Positions 37,478-47,090 of a stretch of 64,000 nt of DNA are shown piece after piece. Both the position numbers and the translations under genes were made by a program. Within the stretch, counting starts at the first letter, position 1, and every line of letters starts with the position of its first letter. Origin of the DNA: Nitrospirota bacterium (GTDB taxonomy: Bacteria > Nitrospirota > UBA9217). The DNA lies in contig DASPQB010000113.1 in assembly GCA_035625205.1 (NCBI GenBank), positions 13,078 to 77,077 on the forward strand, given 5' to 3'. The notes under the pieces were generated by a model. That model did no database searches, was not told where the DNA came from, and saw only the letters and a program-made list of their open reading frames with translations.

Positions 37478-40400
37478 ATGTTTAAGTCTCTCATAGCATT
37501 TTGCCTGAGCCGCCGAGCGATTGTGGTTGCCGCGCTGATACTATTTGCCGGCGCTGCGTTTCTCGCGTATCAAAAGCTCAACATCGAGGCCTATCCGAAT
37601 CCAGCACCGGTCATCCTGGAGATTACCGCGCAGGCGCCAGGCCTGTCTGCCGAGGAGATGGAGAAGTACTACTCGCGCCCAATCGAAATCGGGCTCTACA
37701 CGACTCCCGGCATTGCTGTCATCCGCTCCACTTCGTTTTACGGCCTGTCTTTTGTCCGTGTCGTTTTTCACTATGGGGTGGATTATCACTTCGCTTACAG
37801 CCAGGCGGCCATCGCGCTGCAACAAAATGTCAGTCTTCCGGGCAATCTGGTGCCCACCATTCAACAGAACAGCGGGACCGGGGAAATCTTTCGTTACCAG
37901 GTGGTGGGCCCGAAGCATTTCGGAATAGCCAACCTCCGCACCATTCAGGACTGGATCGTAGCGCGCCGGTTATTGACCATTCCCGGCATCGTTGCGGTCA
38001 ACAGTTGGGGCGGTCCAACAAAGCAATTCGAGGTAGAAGCTGATCCCCGCAAATTGGAGGCGTACAACGTCACGGTGCCCCAAATCCTGACCGCGCTGGG
38101 CAACGCTAACATCAATGTGGGCGGAAGAGAAATCCGCATCGGCCAGCAATCAATCAACATCCGTGGCGTCGGCCTGATTGACGACGGTGGCAATGATGAT
38201 TTGACCCAAGGCTTCAAGGTTGGTGACATTGAAAACGTTGTCCTGACTCAGTCGAACGGGGTTCCTGTACAGGTAAAGGATGTTGCGAAGGTGCACGTAG
38301 GCAATAGGCCGAGGCTTGGAATCTGGGGCCACGACCTGGAGGACGACGGGGTGGCGGCGATTGTTGTCATGAGCCGCGTCGAACGCGCTCATGACATGCT
38401 GCCTAAGGTCAGAGCTGAAATTGACACGATGAATCACGATGGAAGCCTGCCGCCGGGAGTCAAGCTTGTCCCCTTTTATGATCGAGGATCGCTGATCAAC
38501 GTCACGACCCGCACCGTGTTGCACAACCTCATCTTCGGATGCCTTCTTGTCCTCTTCATTCAATGGATTTTCCTCGGCAATTTCCGCAGCGCGATCATCG
38601 TCGGACTGAACATCCCCTTTGCGCTTTTTTTCGCAATCATTCTCCTCGTGATTCAAGGCGAAAGCGCGAACCTGCTTTCGGTCGGTGCCATTGATTTCGG
38701 CATCATCGTGGATTCAGCGGTGATACTTGTCGAGAATATCTTCCGCACTTCCCAAGGGCGCCCGGAGGAAAGACAGGGTATGCTCCAAAATCTTGCCGAA
38801 GGCTTTTGGGGGCCGGACCCGACGAAAATCTCACTGCATACGACTTCGGCCCACGCATGGACAGATCGCTTGCGGCTTATTCTGGTCAGCGCGATACAAG
38901 TGGACAAGGCGGTTTTTTTCTCAACCTTGATCACCGTGGCAGCCTTCGTACCGCTTTTTACGATGCAGGGAGTCGAGGGAGCGATATTCGGCCCCATGGC
39001 GCGCACCTACGGGTACGCATTGGCGGGCGCCTTGATCGCAACGTTCACCGTCACGCCTGTCCTTGCGTCCTTGCTGCTCCCCGAGCGTGTGAAGGAAACC
39101 GAGACCATCTTCGTCCGCGCGCTACACCGCCTGTATGACCCGGCGCTGCGTTTCGCCCTCGCCCACCGCGCGATCATGGTGATGATTGGAATTGCTTTTA
39201 TCGCCGTGGCCGGATTTCTGATACCGCGTCTCGGAAGCGAATTCCTGCCTCACCTCGAAGAAGGCAATTTTTGGATACGCGCTTCCATGCCGATGACACT
39301 TTCGCTGGAAGACGGCGAGGCAGCGACAAAAAAAATGCGGGCGGTTCTCCTGAGATTTCCAGAGGTCACTACCGTGACGTCTCAACACGGCCGGCCGGAT
39401 GACGGCAGCGACGCGGCACCATTTTCCAACGTCGAGCTGTTCGCGGTACTCAAGCCGCCCGACCAATGGCGCACTGGCATGAACAAGGAAAAACTGACCG
39501 AACAGATCAACGCGGATCTTGAGCACGAGCTGCCCGGGGTCTTCTTCAACTTCTCTCAGTATATCCAGGATAACGTCGAGGAGGCCATTTCAGGCGTTAA
39601 AGCCGACAATTCTGTCAAGATCGTAGGCCCCAATCTCGAAACATTGACCAACCTGGCCGAGCAGGTAAGGGACCAGATGAGCAAGGTACGCGGTATTGCC
39701 GACCTCGGTATTTTCCCTGTCCTCGGTCAGCCGAATCTGAACATCAAGGTAGACCGCGCCAAAGCCGCGAGGTATGGCCTGAATACCGGTGACATCAACA
39801 CGGTCATTCAAGCAGCGCTGGGCGGTACGGTAGCGACATCGGTATTGGAGGGGGACCGCCAGTTCGACCTGGTTGTCCGCTACCCTCCCGCATACCGTGA
39901 CAGCATAGAGAGAATCCGCAACGTGAAGGTGGCCTATCAAACAGGGAGCGGCGCCAATGCTTACCTTCCCTTGCGTGAACTGGCAACGATCACGTTGGAT
40001 ACGGGAGCGGCCTGGATTTATCACGAGAGCATGCAGCGCTTCATCCCGGTCAAGTTCAGTGTGCGCGGTCGCGACCTCGGTGGCACTGTTGCCGAAGCAC
40101 AGGAGCGCATCGCGCAAAACGTGAAACTTCCGAGCGGCTATCGACTAATCTGGGCAGGCGAGTTCGGAGATCTGCAGCACGCTAAAAGGCGCTTGGAAGT
40201 AATCGTGCCGATCAGCCTCGTGCTCATCCTGGGGTTGCTCTACGCCACGTTCAATTCGCTCCGCGACAGTCTGATGGCGCTCGCAGGAATCCCCTTCGCG
40301 GTTGCCGGCGGTATATTGGCACTCTACATCTCCGGTCTTAATTTCAGCATCTCCGCCGCCGTTGGTTTTGTATCACTCTTTGGGGTATCAGTCATGAACG

Positions 40401-40702
40401 GCATCCTGATGATTACCTATTACAACCAGGAAAGGCTTCGCGGAGGCAGGCCTCTTGAAGCGATGAACCACGCCGCCTCAACCCGTATGCGGCCGCTACT
40501 CATGACGAGTCTCTCCGCCTGCATCGGCCTCTTCCCTGCAGCGATTTCGACCGGGATCGGAAGCCAGGTGCAGCGACCGCTTGCCACCGTGATCGTAGGC
40601 GGCATGTTTATCGGTCCAATCATCCTGCTGGTAGTTGTGCCGCCGCTACAAATGCTCTTCCTGGGGAAAAAGCATGAAACGACAAAGATAACTGCCGAGT
40701 AA
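37478..40702 (+). CDS. Heavy-metal-efflux (HME) RND permease, CzcA/CusA family.
   Basis: The 1074-aa N-terminus MFKSLIAFCLSRRAIVVAALILFAGAAFLAYQKLNIEAYPNPAPVILEITAQAPGLSAEEMEKYYSRPIEIGL is typical CzcA-family. 12 TM segments and two large periplasmic loops. Confidence 0.93.
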   Translation: MFKSLIAFCLSRRAIVVAALILFAGAAFLAYQKLNIEAYPNPAPVILEITAQAPGLSAEEMEKYYSRPIEIGLYTTPGIAVIRSTSFYGLSFVRVVFHYGVDYHFAYSQAAIALQQNVSLPGNLVPTIQQNSGTGEIFRYQVVGPKHFGIANLRTIQDWIVARRLLTIPGIVAVNSWGGPTKQFEVEADPRKLEAYNVTVPQILTALGNANINVGGREIRIGQQSINIRGVGLIDDGGNDDLTQGFKVGDIENVVLTQSNGVPVQVKDVAKVHVGNRPRLGIWGHDLEDDGVAAIVVMSRVERAHDMLPKVRAEIDTMNHDGSLPPGVKLVPFYDRGSLINVTTRTVLHNLIFGCLLVLFIQWIFLGNFRSAIIVGLNIPFALFFAIILLVIQGESANLLSVGAIDFGIIVDSAVILVENIFRTSQGRPEERQGMLQNLAEGFWGPDPTKISLHTTSAHAWTDRLRLILVSAIQVDKAVFFSTLITVAAFVPLFTMQGVEGAIFGPMARTYGYALAGALIATFTVTPVLASLLLPERVKETETIFVRALHRLYDPALRFALAHRAIMVMIGIAFIAVAGFLIPRLGSEFLPHLEEGNFWIRASMPMTLSLEDGEAATKKMRAVLLRFPEVTTVTSQHGRPDDGSDAAPFSNVELFAVLKPPDQWRTGMNKEKLTEQINADLEHELPGVFFNFSQYIQDNVEEAISGVKADNSVKIVGPNLETLTNLAEQVRDQMSKVRGIADLGIFPVLGQPNLNIKVDRAKAARYGLNTGDINTVIQAALGGTVATSVLEGDRQFDLVVRYPPAYRDSIERIRNVKVAYQTGSGANAYLPLRELATITLDTGAAWIYHESMQRFIPVKFSVRGRDLGGTVAEAQERIAQNVKLPSGYRLIWAGEFGDLQHAKRRLEVIVPISLVLILGLLYATFNSLRDSLMALAGIPFAVAGGILALYISGLNFSISAAVGFVSLFGVSVMNGILMITYYNQERLRGGRPLEAMNHAASTRMRPLLMTSLSACIGLFPAAISTGIGSQVQRPLATVIVGGMFIGPIILLVVVPPLQMLFLGKKHETTKITAE

Positions 40703-40713
40703 AGGGAAGCACC

Positions 40714-40986
40714 ATGAAAGCATTGTTTTTTTGGATATCAGCTTTAGCAATGGCTATCGGGCTATCAGCGGCTCATGCTGCCTTTGCCAAACCAAACAAC
40801 GTCGCTCAGGCCGTTGCAACCCAAGAATCCGACAATCTCCGGACGCAACATCGGGAAAATACGGTCACAGGACCCCATAGACTATACGTTGCAGCCCAAA
40901 AAACCCGTAAATCCGGACGTAGCGACACGAAAACCAAAAAAAGCAGTTCATGCATCAATGGAACAACGATTCATCGTAAGCATTAG
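40714..40986 (+). CDS. Candidate small secreted protein between the pump and outer-membrane-factor genes.
   Basis: AAGGGAAG RBS. Signal peptide MKALFFWISALAMAIGLSAAHAAFA. 90 aa with no family recognised. It could be spurious, but its position mimics the small periplasmic proteins of some metal-efflux operons. Confidence 0.35.
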   Translation: MKALFFWISALAMAIGLSAAHAAFAKPNNVAQAVATQESDNLRTQHRENTVTGPHRLYVAAQKTRKSGRSDTKTKKSSSCINGTTIHRKH

Positions 40987-41006
40987 CGCTCTCTTAAGGA
41001 AATACC

Positions 41007-42515
41007 ATGTCCTCAAAACGCTTCCACTTCATCGCTGCAACGTTGTCAATTGTTGCCCTCGTCTCAGGCTGCGCCGTGGGTCCGAACTTCCATCGCCCAG
41101 CGCCGCCCGCGATTAACGGGTATACGCCTGAGCCGCTGACTGCTACGACTTCTACCGCCAACGTAGCTGGCGGAGAGGAACAATGCTTTGTCATGGGTAT
41201 GGACATTCCTAAACAGTGGTGGGTATTATTCAAGTCGCCGCCGCTCAATGCGCTGGTGGAAAAATCGCTCAAGACCAACCCAACGATCGAGGCAGCGAAG
41301 GCAGCCTTGCGCCAGGCCCGGGAAAACGTCGCCGCCCAGGTGGGCTCTTACTATCCCGCCGTCCAGGCCGGTTATTCAGCCAGCCGCACGAAGGACTCGG
41401 GCACCATTTCGCCCGTGCTGTTTTCGGGCCAGGAACCTTACACGCTCCATACCGCTCAGGTGAGTGTGGGCTTTGCGCCAGACGTGTTCGGCGGCAACCG
41501 GCGGCAGGTAGAGTCTCTGACTGCCCAGGCCGATTTCCAGCGCTTCCAGCTCGAGGCGACTTATCTCACGCTGACGTCGAATGTGGTGGCTGCGGCCATC
41601 CAGGAGGCTTCGTTACGAGCTCAGATTTCCTCAACGCAGAGCATTATCAAGATCGAGACTGAGATGCTCGACCAGCTGCACCAGCAGTTCAAAGTCGGTT
41701 ATGCTGCTGGGCTGGATGTGGCTGCGCAGGAAGCTGCCCTTGCCCAGGTGCAGCAGACCTTGCCGCCATTACAAAAGCAGCTAGCGCAAACTCGCGATCT
41801 GCTTGTGGCTCTTGCCGGCCGCTTTCCAAATGAGGAGTTGGAAGAGAAGTTCGAGCTTGCGGCGCTCAGCCTTCCGCAGGAGCTGCCGGTGAGCCTCCCC
41901 TCCAAGCTTGTGGAACAGCGTCCGGACGTGCGCGCTGCCGAAGAGCAGGTGCATTCCTCCAGCGCCCAGGTCGGTGTGGCGGTCGCCGCCATGCTGCCGA
42001 ATATTACCCTGAGCGCCGATTTGGGAAGTACCGCTACCGCGATCAGCCATTTATTTACCCCCGGAAACGGTTTCTGGAGCCTGGCCGGTGATCTGACGCA
42101 GCCGATCTTTCAGGGGGGCACCTTGCTGCACAGGAAACGGGCTGCTGAAGCAGGCCTGGATCAGGCTCAGGCTGAGTATCGTAACACGGTGATCGCCGCC
42201 TTCCAAAACGTGGCGGACACACTCCATGCGATCCAATCCGATGCCGATGCCCTGAAGGCAGCAGTGGCTTTCCAACAGGCCGCCAAACGAAGCCTCGACC
42301 TAGCACAGAAGCAGTTCGAAGTCGGCTACGTCAATTATTTATCGTTGCTCGCCGCCGAACAGGCGTATCATCAGGCAGTTATCAATCTTGTACAGGCTAA
42401 GGCTAATCGTTTTGCCGACACTGCAGCATTATTTATGGCGCTTGGCGGCGGCTGGTGGAACGGCCCGGACGACACATCTGCGCCAACGGCATCAGAGGCT
42501 TCCGGTCGCCGTTGA
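41007..42515 (+). CDS. Outer-membrane efflux factor lipoprotein (NodT/TolC family, CzcC-like).
   Basis: Lipobox LVSGCAV. Two TolC-like repeat halves. 502 aa. Confidence 0.88.
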   Translation: MSSKRFHFIAATLSIVALVSGCAVGPNFHRPAPPAINGYTPEPLTATTSTANVAGGEEQCFVMGMDIPKQWWVLFKSPPLNALVEKSLKTNPTIEAAKAALRQARENVAAQVGSYYPAVQAGYSASRTKDSGTISPVLFSGQEPYTLHTAQVSVGFAPDVFGGNRRQVESLTAQADFQRFQLEATYLTLTSNVVAAAIQEASLRAQISSTQSIIKIETEMLDQLHQQFKVGYAAGLDVAAQEAALAQVQQTLPPLQKQLAQTRDLLVALAGRFPNEELEEKFELAALSLPQELPVSLPSKLVEQRPDVRAAEEQVHSSSAQVGVAVAAMLPNITLSADLGSTATAISHLFTPGNGFWSLAGDLTQPIFQGGTLLHRKRAAEAGLDQAQAEYRNTVIAAFQNVADTLHAIQSDADALKAAVAFQQAAKRSLDLAQKQFEVGYVNYLSLLAAEQAYHQAVINLVQAKANRFADTAALFMALGGGWWNGPDDTSAPTASEASGRR

Positions 42516-42632
42516 CGGGAAGGCGCAACGCACTTGTTCTGGTCTATATCCTGTCGCACGACCAGCGACGTCTACCTACGCTCTTATTCACAAAGTTATA
42601 AAAAGTGAATCCTCTCAAATAAGCCAACACTC

Positions 42633-42977
42633 ATGATTGTCGATGATGGGTTGAATTTCGCCGAATCACCATAGCTCGCACGTGAAGATGAATTTTCGGT
42701 GTCCATCGCGGGCAGTCTTAAGAGCGCTCGGGAGGCTCTCGAGATGACTTCTCCTGCCGTTATTCTGCTCGATTTGCGCCTGCACGACGGCGATGGGATT
42801 GAGTTTCTTCGCGTATGCAAGAAGTCCACCAAAATGCCGGTGGGCATTATCATAACAGCCTATGCAACAAGGGAGCGTTCCGTAACGTCGATGACTGAAG
42901 GGGCCGTAGCTTACCTTGTCAAACCTTTTGGCAGCGAAAAATTAAAAAAAGACCTCAGAAAATATGTTACGGCTTAA
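42633..42977 (+). pseudogene. Single-domain CheY-like response-regulator receiver with an in-frame TAG at 42672-42674 (14th codon).
   Basis: The frame from ATG 42633 reads MIVDDGLNFAESP, then TAG, then LAREDEFSVSIAGSLKSAREALEMTSPAVILLDLRLHDGDGIEF...ITAYATRE...AYLVKPFGSEKL. All REC landmarks are present (DD pocket, phospho-Asp, T, K). Track ORF 42699..42977 starts at a GTG after the stop and would lack the acidic pocket. Confidence 0.5.
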
Positions 42978-43185
42978 CCTCTCTTGAAAAAGTTTTTGGC
43001 ACAAGTGAAAGTTCGGTATCCGGCAGGGGTGATGCGATCAATCAGCAGTGAAAAATAATGGCTGCAGCAGATCGTCTCAGCGTTTTAGGGTAACCTGCGG
43101 CCATGAATCAGCATTTTGTGATATAGTTGACAAATAAATACCTCTTCCTGCAGCTCACGCAGTTCCGAGGGAATGGAGAACCATT

Positions 43186-44922
43186 GTGGAGCACCACGCC
43201 GAGGTTATAAGGGGTGGGGTGTGGCATCAGCGGATTCCCAGTTGGCGGGATCTGATAGTGATCGTATTAGTGCTGGCAATCGTGATCCTCATCGGAGTTG
43301 GAACCCGCCAGATGGTCGCGCCCCTGCTGGTTGCGCAGCAACCGGAGATCACGCTCTCGCCGAAGGTCTTGCCGCTCTTTGCCCTGCGCACGACGATGCG
43401 AATGCTTGCGGCACTTGCTGCGTCTCTGATCTTTACCTTCACATACGCCACACTGGCCGCCAAGAGTCGCCGGGCCGAGATAGTGCTCCTCCCGCTCCTC
43501 GATGTGCTCCAGTCGGTGCCAATACTCGGATATCTCTCCTTCACGGTTGTCTTTTTCGTGTCGCTGTTTCCCCACAGCATGCTCGGGATGGAGCTCGCTG
43601 CCATCTTCGCGATCTTCACCAGTCAGGCATGGAACATGGCGTTCAGCTTCTACCAATCCCTGAGAACGATTCCGCGTGATCTCGATGAGGCAAGCCGCAG
43701 CTTCCGGCATTCGGGCTGGCAGCGATTCTGGCGTCTCGAGGTGCCGTTTGCGATGCCAGGTCTTATCTGGAACATGATGATGTCCATGTCGGGGGGATGG
43801 TTTTTCGTCGTGGCTTCCGAAGCCATCTCGGTAGGGAACACCCAATTCACGTTGCCTGGCATCGGGTCTTATGTCGCGCGCGCAATCCAAGATCGCGATC
43901 TTGCCGCCGTGGGATGGGCAATCATCGCGATGACCCTGACGATTCTCATCTACGATCAACTGCTCTTCCGTCCTCTGGTGGCCTGGGCGGAGAAGTTCCG
44001 GTTTGAGCAGACCGCAGCTCAGATCGTACCAAGGAGCTGGGTACTCGAGCTGGTTCGCCGAACGAAGCTGCTGAGATTCATCGGGGAACCGGTCGGGACA
44101 GGGATACAGTTCGTGGGACGGGCACGGCTCGTGCTCCCTTCAGCCGTGCGTCGCCTCCATCGCTGGTCACCCTCTCGTGGCGTCGTTGATGTCGCCTGGT
44201 ATGGGTTCATCCTGGCTGCCATCGGCTATGGCGTTTGGGCCCTGATGCAGTTCGCGGGGACCAAATTGTCCTGGGGCGATGTCGCAATCGCTGCGAGTAA
44301 TGGCGCTCTCACCTTACTTCGCGTCGCCATCTTAATTATTATCGCAACGGCGATCTGGGTTCCGATCGGCGTGGGCGTGGGCCTGCGACCGAAGCTGGCC
44401 GAGAAGGTCCAGCCCATCGTGCAGTTTCTCGCCGCCTTTCCAGCCAACCTACTCTTTCCCGTCGCGGTCTTCCTCATCGTGCGGTTTAACCTTGCCCCAA
44501 AGATCTGGCTGAGCCCATTGATGATTCTCGGGACGCAGTGGTACATCCTCTTCAACGTCATCGCCGGTGCGTCTGCTTTTCCAAGCGATTTCAGGGAGGC
44601 TGCCGCGAGCTTCCGCATCCGGGGCTTGCGGTGGTGGCAGGATGTGATGCTCCCCGGGATATTTCCCTATTACGTTACCGGTGCCATCACGGCGTCCGGT
44701 GGCGCCTGGAACGCAAGCATTGTCTCCGAGGCAGTCAGCTGGGGACCAACAACGCTCAGCGCCTCGGGCCTCGGCGCCTATATCGCTCAGATGTCAGCGG
44801 CAGGTGACTATCCGCGAATCGCCCTCGGCATCGTGGTCATGTCAGTGCTCGTCATCGCTATGAACAGGCTGCTTTGGCGGCCGCTCTACGCCTTCGCGGA
44901 ACGTCGGACTCGGCTCGATTAA
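43186..44922 (+). CDS. ABC transporter permease with two fused BPD-type transmembrane domains (NitT/TauT-like).
   Basis: 578 aa, about 12 TM segments. The EAA-like loop pattern appears twice (..DEASRSFRHSGWQRFWRLEVPFAMPG.. and ..REAAASFRIRGLRWWQDVMLPGIFP..). Confidence 0.85.
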   Translation: MEHHAEVIRGGVWHQRIPSWRDLIVIVLVLAIVILIGVGTRQMVAPLLVAQQPEITLSPKVLPLFALRTTMRMLAALAASLIFTFTYATLAAKSRRAEIVLLPLLDVLQSVPILGYLSFTVVFFVSLFPHSMLGMELAAIFAIFTSQAWNMAFSFYQSLRTIPRDLDEASRSFRHSGWQRFWRLEVPFAMPGLIWNMMMSMSGGWFFVVASEAISVGNTQFTLPGIGSYVARAIQDRDLAAVGWAIIAMTLTILIYDQLLFRPLVAWAEKFRFEQTAAQIVPRSWVLELVRRTKLLRFIGEPVGTGIQFVGRARLVLPSAVRRLHRWSPSRGVVDVAWYGFILAAIGYGVWALMQFAGTKLSWGDVAIAASNGALTLLRVAILIIIATAIWVPIGVGVGLRPKLAEKVQPIVQFLAAFPANLLFPVAVFLIVRFNLAPKIWLSPLMILGTQWYILFNVIAGASAFPSDFREAAASFRIRGLRWWQDVMLPGIFPYYVTGAITASGGAWNASIVSEAVSWGPTTLSASGLGAYIAQMSAAGDYPRIALGIVVMSVLVIAMNRLLWRPLYAFAERRTRLD

Positions 44923-44931
44923 GAGGCTTTA

Positions 44932-46239
44932 ATGGACATCCAGTCGGACAACGTCATACTCAACCTCCACAACATCTGTATGGCTTTCGCCAAGCCTTCC
45001 GGCGAGCTCCTGCCGGTGCTGGCCGACATCGACGTATCGTTGCTTAAAGGCGAGATCCTCGGTCTGCTCGGACGCTCGGGTGCGGGGAAGTCGACCTTAC
45101 TGCGCATCGCCGGAGGGCTCATCAAGCCGACGTCAGGCGACGTTACTTACCAGGGAGCACCGCTAAGCGGCCCCGCAGAAGGTATCGCAGTCGTGTTCCA
45201 AACCTTCGCACTCTTTCCCTGGCTTACCGTGCTCGAGAATGTCGAGGTTGGCCTCGATGCGCTTGGACAGACTCGTGAAGAAGCCCGCCGTCGGGCGCTT
45301 TCTGCCATCGACCTCATCGGGCTTGATGGCTTTCAATCAGCCTACCCACGCGAGCTGTCGGGCGGAATGCGCCAACGAGTAGGTTTTGCAAGGGCGATTG
45401 TCATTGATCCAACCGTGCTCCTCATGGACGAGCCCTTTTCCGCGCTTGACGTTCTGACCGCCGAAACCTTGCGCACCGAGTTCCTCGATCTCTGGATAGA
45501 GCATAAGCTGCCGACGAAAGCAGTATTTTTGGTCACCCACAACATCGAAGAAGCAGTATTTATGTGCGACCGGATCTTGGTTCTCTCCTCGAATCCCGGG
45601 CGCATCGCGGAAGATATTCCCGTACTGCTCCCGCATCCGCGCAATCGGCTGGATGAAGCATTTCACGAAATGGTTGATGAAATCTATTCGACGCTCACCT
45701 CTCGATCGATCGCGTCTATCGGGGCGCACGGCCAGGTTCACGGAGGCTTGATGCAGCCTCTTCCTCGGGTTTCAGTGAATCAGATCAGCGGCCTCATCGA
45801 AACGCTGCTTACACCAACTTACGCCGAGCATGCTGACCTGGCCAAAATCGCTGGATCTCTGGTTCTCGAAGTAGACGACCTTTTCCCGATCGCGGAGGCT
45901 CTCCACATCCTGGAGTTTGCCGAGCTTAAAGAAGGCACTCTCAAGCTGACTGCAGCAGGCCGGCTATTCGCAGAGAGCAGTACGGAGGAGCGCAAGCGGC
46001 TGTTTAACGAGCACCTGCTCCAGTTCGTGCCTCTCGCCGCCCACATCTACCATGTCCTGAGCGAGCGTGAAGGCCATATCGCGCCGCGGGTAAGATTCGA
46101 GGCTGAACTCGAGGATCATTTGAGCCGGCGTGATGCGGAAAAGACGCTCCGGACAGCTATTGACTGGGGACGGTACGCCGAGCTTTATGACTATGATGAT
46201 AAGTCACGGAGATTCACGACCATTCGCCCCACCGAATGA
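44932..46239 (+). CDS. ABC transporter ATP-binding protein with a C-terminal extension of about 170 aa (AAA-associated-like), NitT/TauT family.
   Basis: Walker A GRSGAGKST. Signature LSGGMRQRV. Walker B LLMDEP. H-loop THN. No substrate-binding-protein gene is adjacent. Confidence 0.9.
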   Translation: MDIQSDNVILNLHNICMAFAKPSGELLPVLADIDVSLLKGEILGLLGRSGAGKSTLLRIAGGLIKPTSGDVTYQGAPLSGPAEGIAVVFQTFALFPWLTVLENVEVGLDALGQTREEARRRALSAIDLIGLDGFQSAYPRELSGGMRQRVGFARAIVIDPTVLLMDEPFSALDVLTAETLRTEFLDLWIEHKLPTKAVFLVTHNIEEAVFMCDRILVLSSNPGRIAEDIPVLLPHPRNRLDEAFHEMVDEIYSTLTSRSIASIGAHGQVHGGLMQPLPRVSVNQISGLIETLLTPTYAEHADLAKIAGSLVLEVDDLFPIAEALHILEFAELKEGTLKLTAAGRLFAESSTEERKRLFNEHLLQFVPLAAHIYHVLSEREGHIAPRVRFEAELEDHLSRRDAEKTLRTAIDWGRYAELYDYDDKSRRFTTIRPTE

Positions 46240-46322
46240 GCGGCGCATACCAGGTATAAAGAAGATCGGAAAATTAACGCCATTGCCAACTTTCATGCGG
46301 GATTCAGGTTTAATCCACATTA

Positions 46323-46811
46323 TCATTGCGAGTTTCCAGGTGACAGTTTGCTCACAGAATTATGATGATCCTGCACATCAGCGATAATTGCGTCGAGGTT
46401 GAATTTATGCCAATCCAACATAGCGGAGTGCAGGGATGACCGGGCATCACTCAAAGCTCTGGCTCTTGCGGTGCCTTCAAGAGGATGATAAAGCTTTGGG
46501 TTCGCCTCAAGAAGGACTTTGCTCTCACTCAGTAAAAATAAGAAAGCCTTCGCTTTTTGCGGCACATAGGGGAAGACTCCCATCCGCACATTGTGGCACC
46601 ACTTACACACGGCCGTGGTCGTATCGGATGTTAGAATACTGGTAACCATCGAACCGTGGCGGGTTACGCATTCAGGGCCCTTTCCCGCTGATTCAGGCAT
46701 CTTGTAATGGAGGCTCTGGGTAAATTTATAGACTCTGCCCCATGGCATTTGCCGCAGGTTGACGGGATGTTCCTGAGGACACTCTACTTGATAAAACGTT
46801 GAACAGAGCAA
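46323..46811 (-). CDS. Doubtful 162-aa ORF containing a CxxCH motif.
   Basis: ORF track only. The sequence ...TAVCKWCHNVRMG... could be a haem-binding site, but there is no signal peptide and no RBS. The region may be non-coding. Confidence 0.2.
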   Translation of the reverse strand: MLCSTFYQVECPQEHPVNLRQMPWGRVYKFTQSLHYKMPESAGKGPECVTRHGSMVTSILTSDTTTAVCKWCHNVRMGVFPYVPQKAKAFLFLLSESKVLLEANPKLYHPLEGTARARALSDARSSLHSAMLDWHKFNLDAIIADVQDHHNSVSKLSPGNSQ

Positions 46812-47090
46812 TTAATGTATGTCAACTAGTTAAGGAGACGATGTGGACGTGACCCCAGTGTTTTAAATATTGTTTGTTAATGACAGAACTCAAATACCGA
46901 TAGCTCATTAAGTTAAGGTAATATTCACCTACATAAGATTTTTTTGTACACTCGAAGCTTTTTCCCTCTCCTTCATCACCGTTGTAAAACCCTTGACGAA
47001 ACTAAGCCTATTGTGCAATACTTTTTCCATGTCCTCACCGCATTTTACAGGAAAAGGAATCTATTACATTGAGGGTGGGGTGCTCCGCCC

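Noticed and set aside
37501-40623. Many 60-180-aa ORFs on both strands within 37478..40702.
   Set aside because: They are fully contained in the 1074-aa RND pump gene, whose identity is unambiguous.
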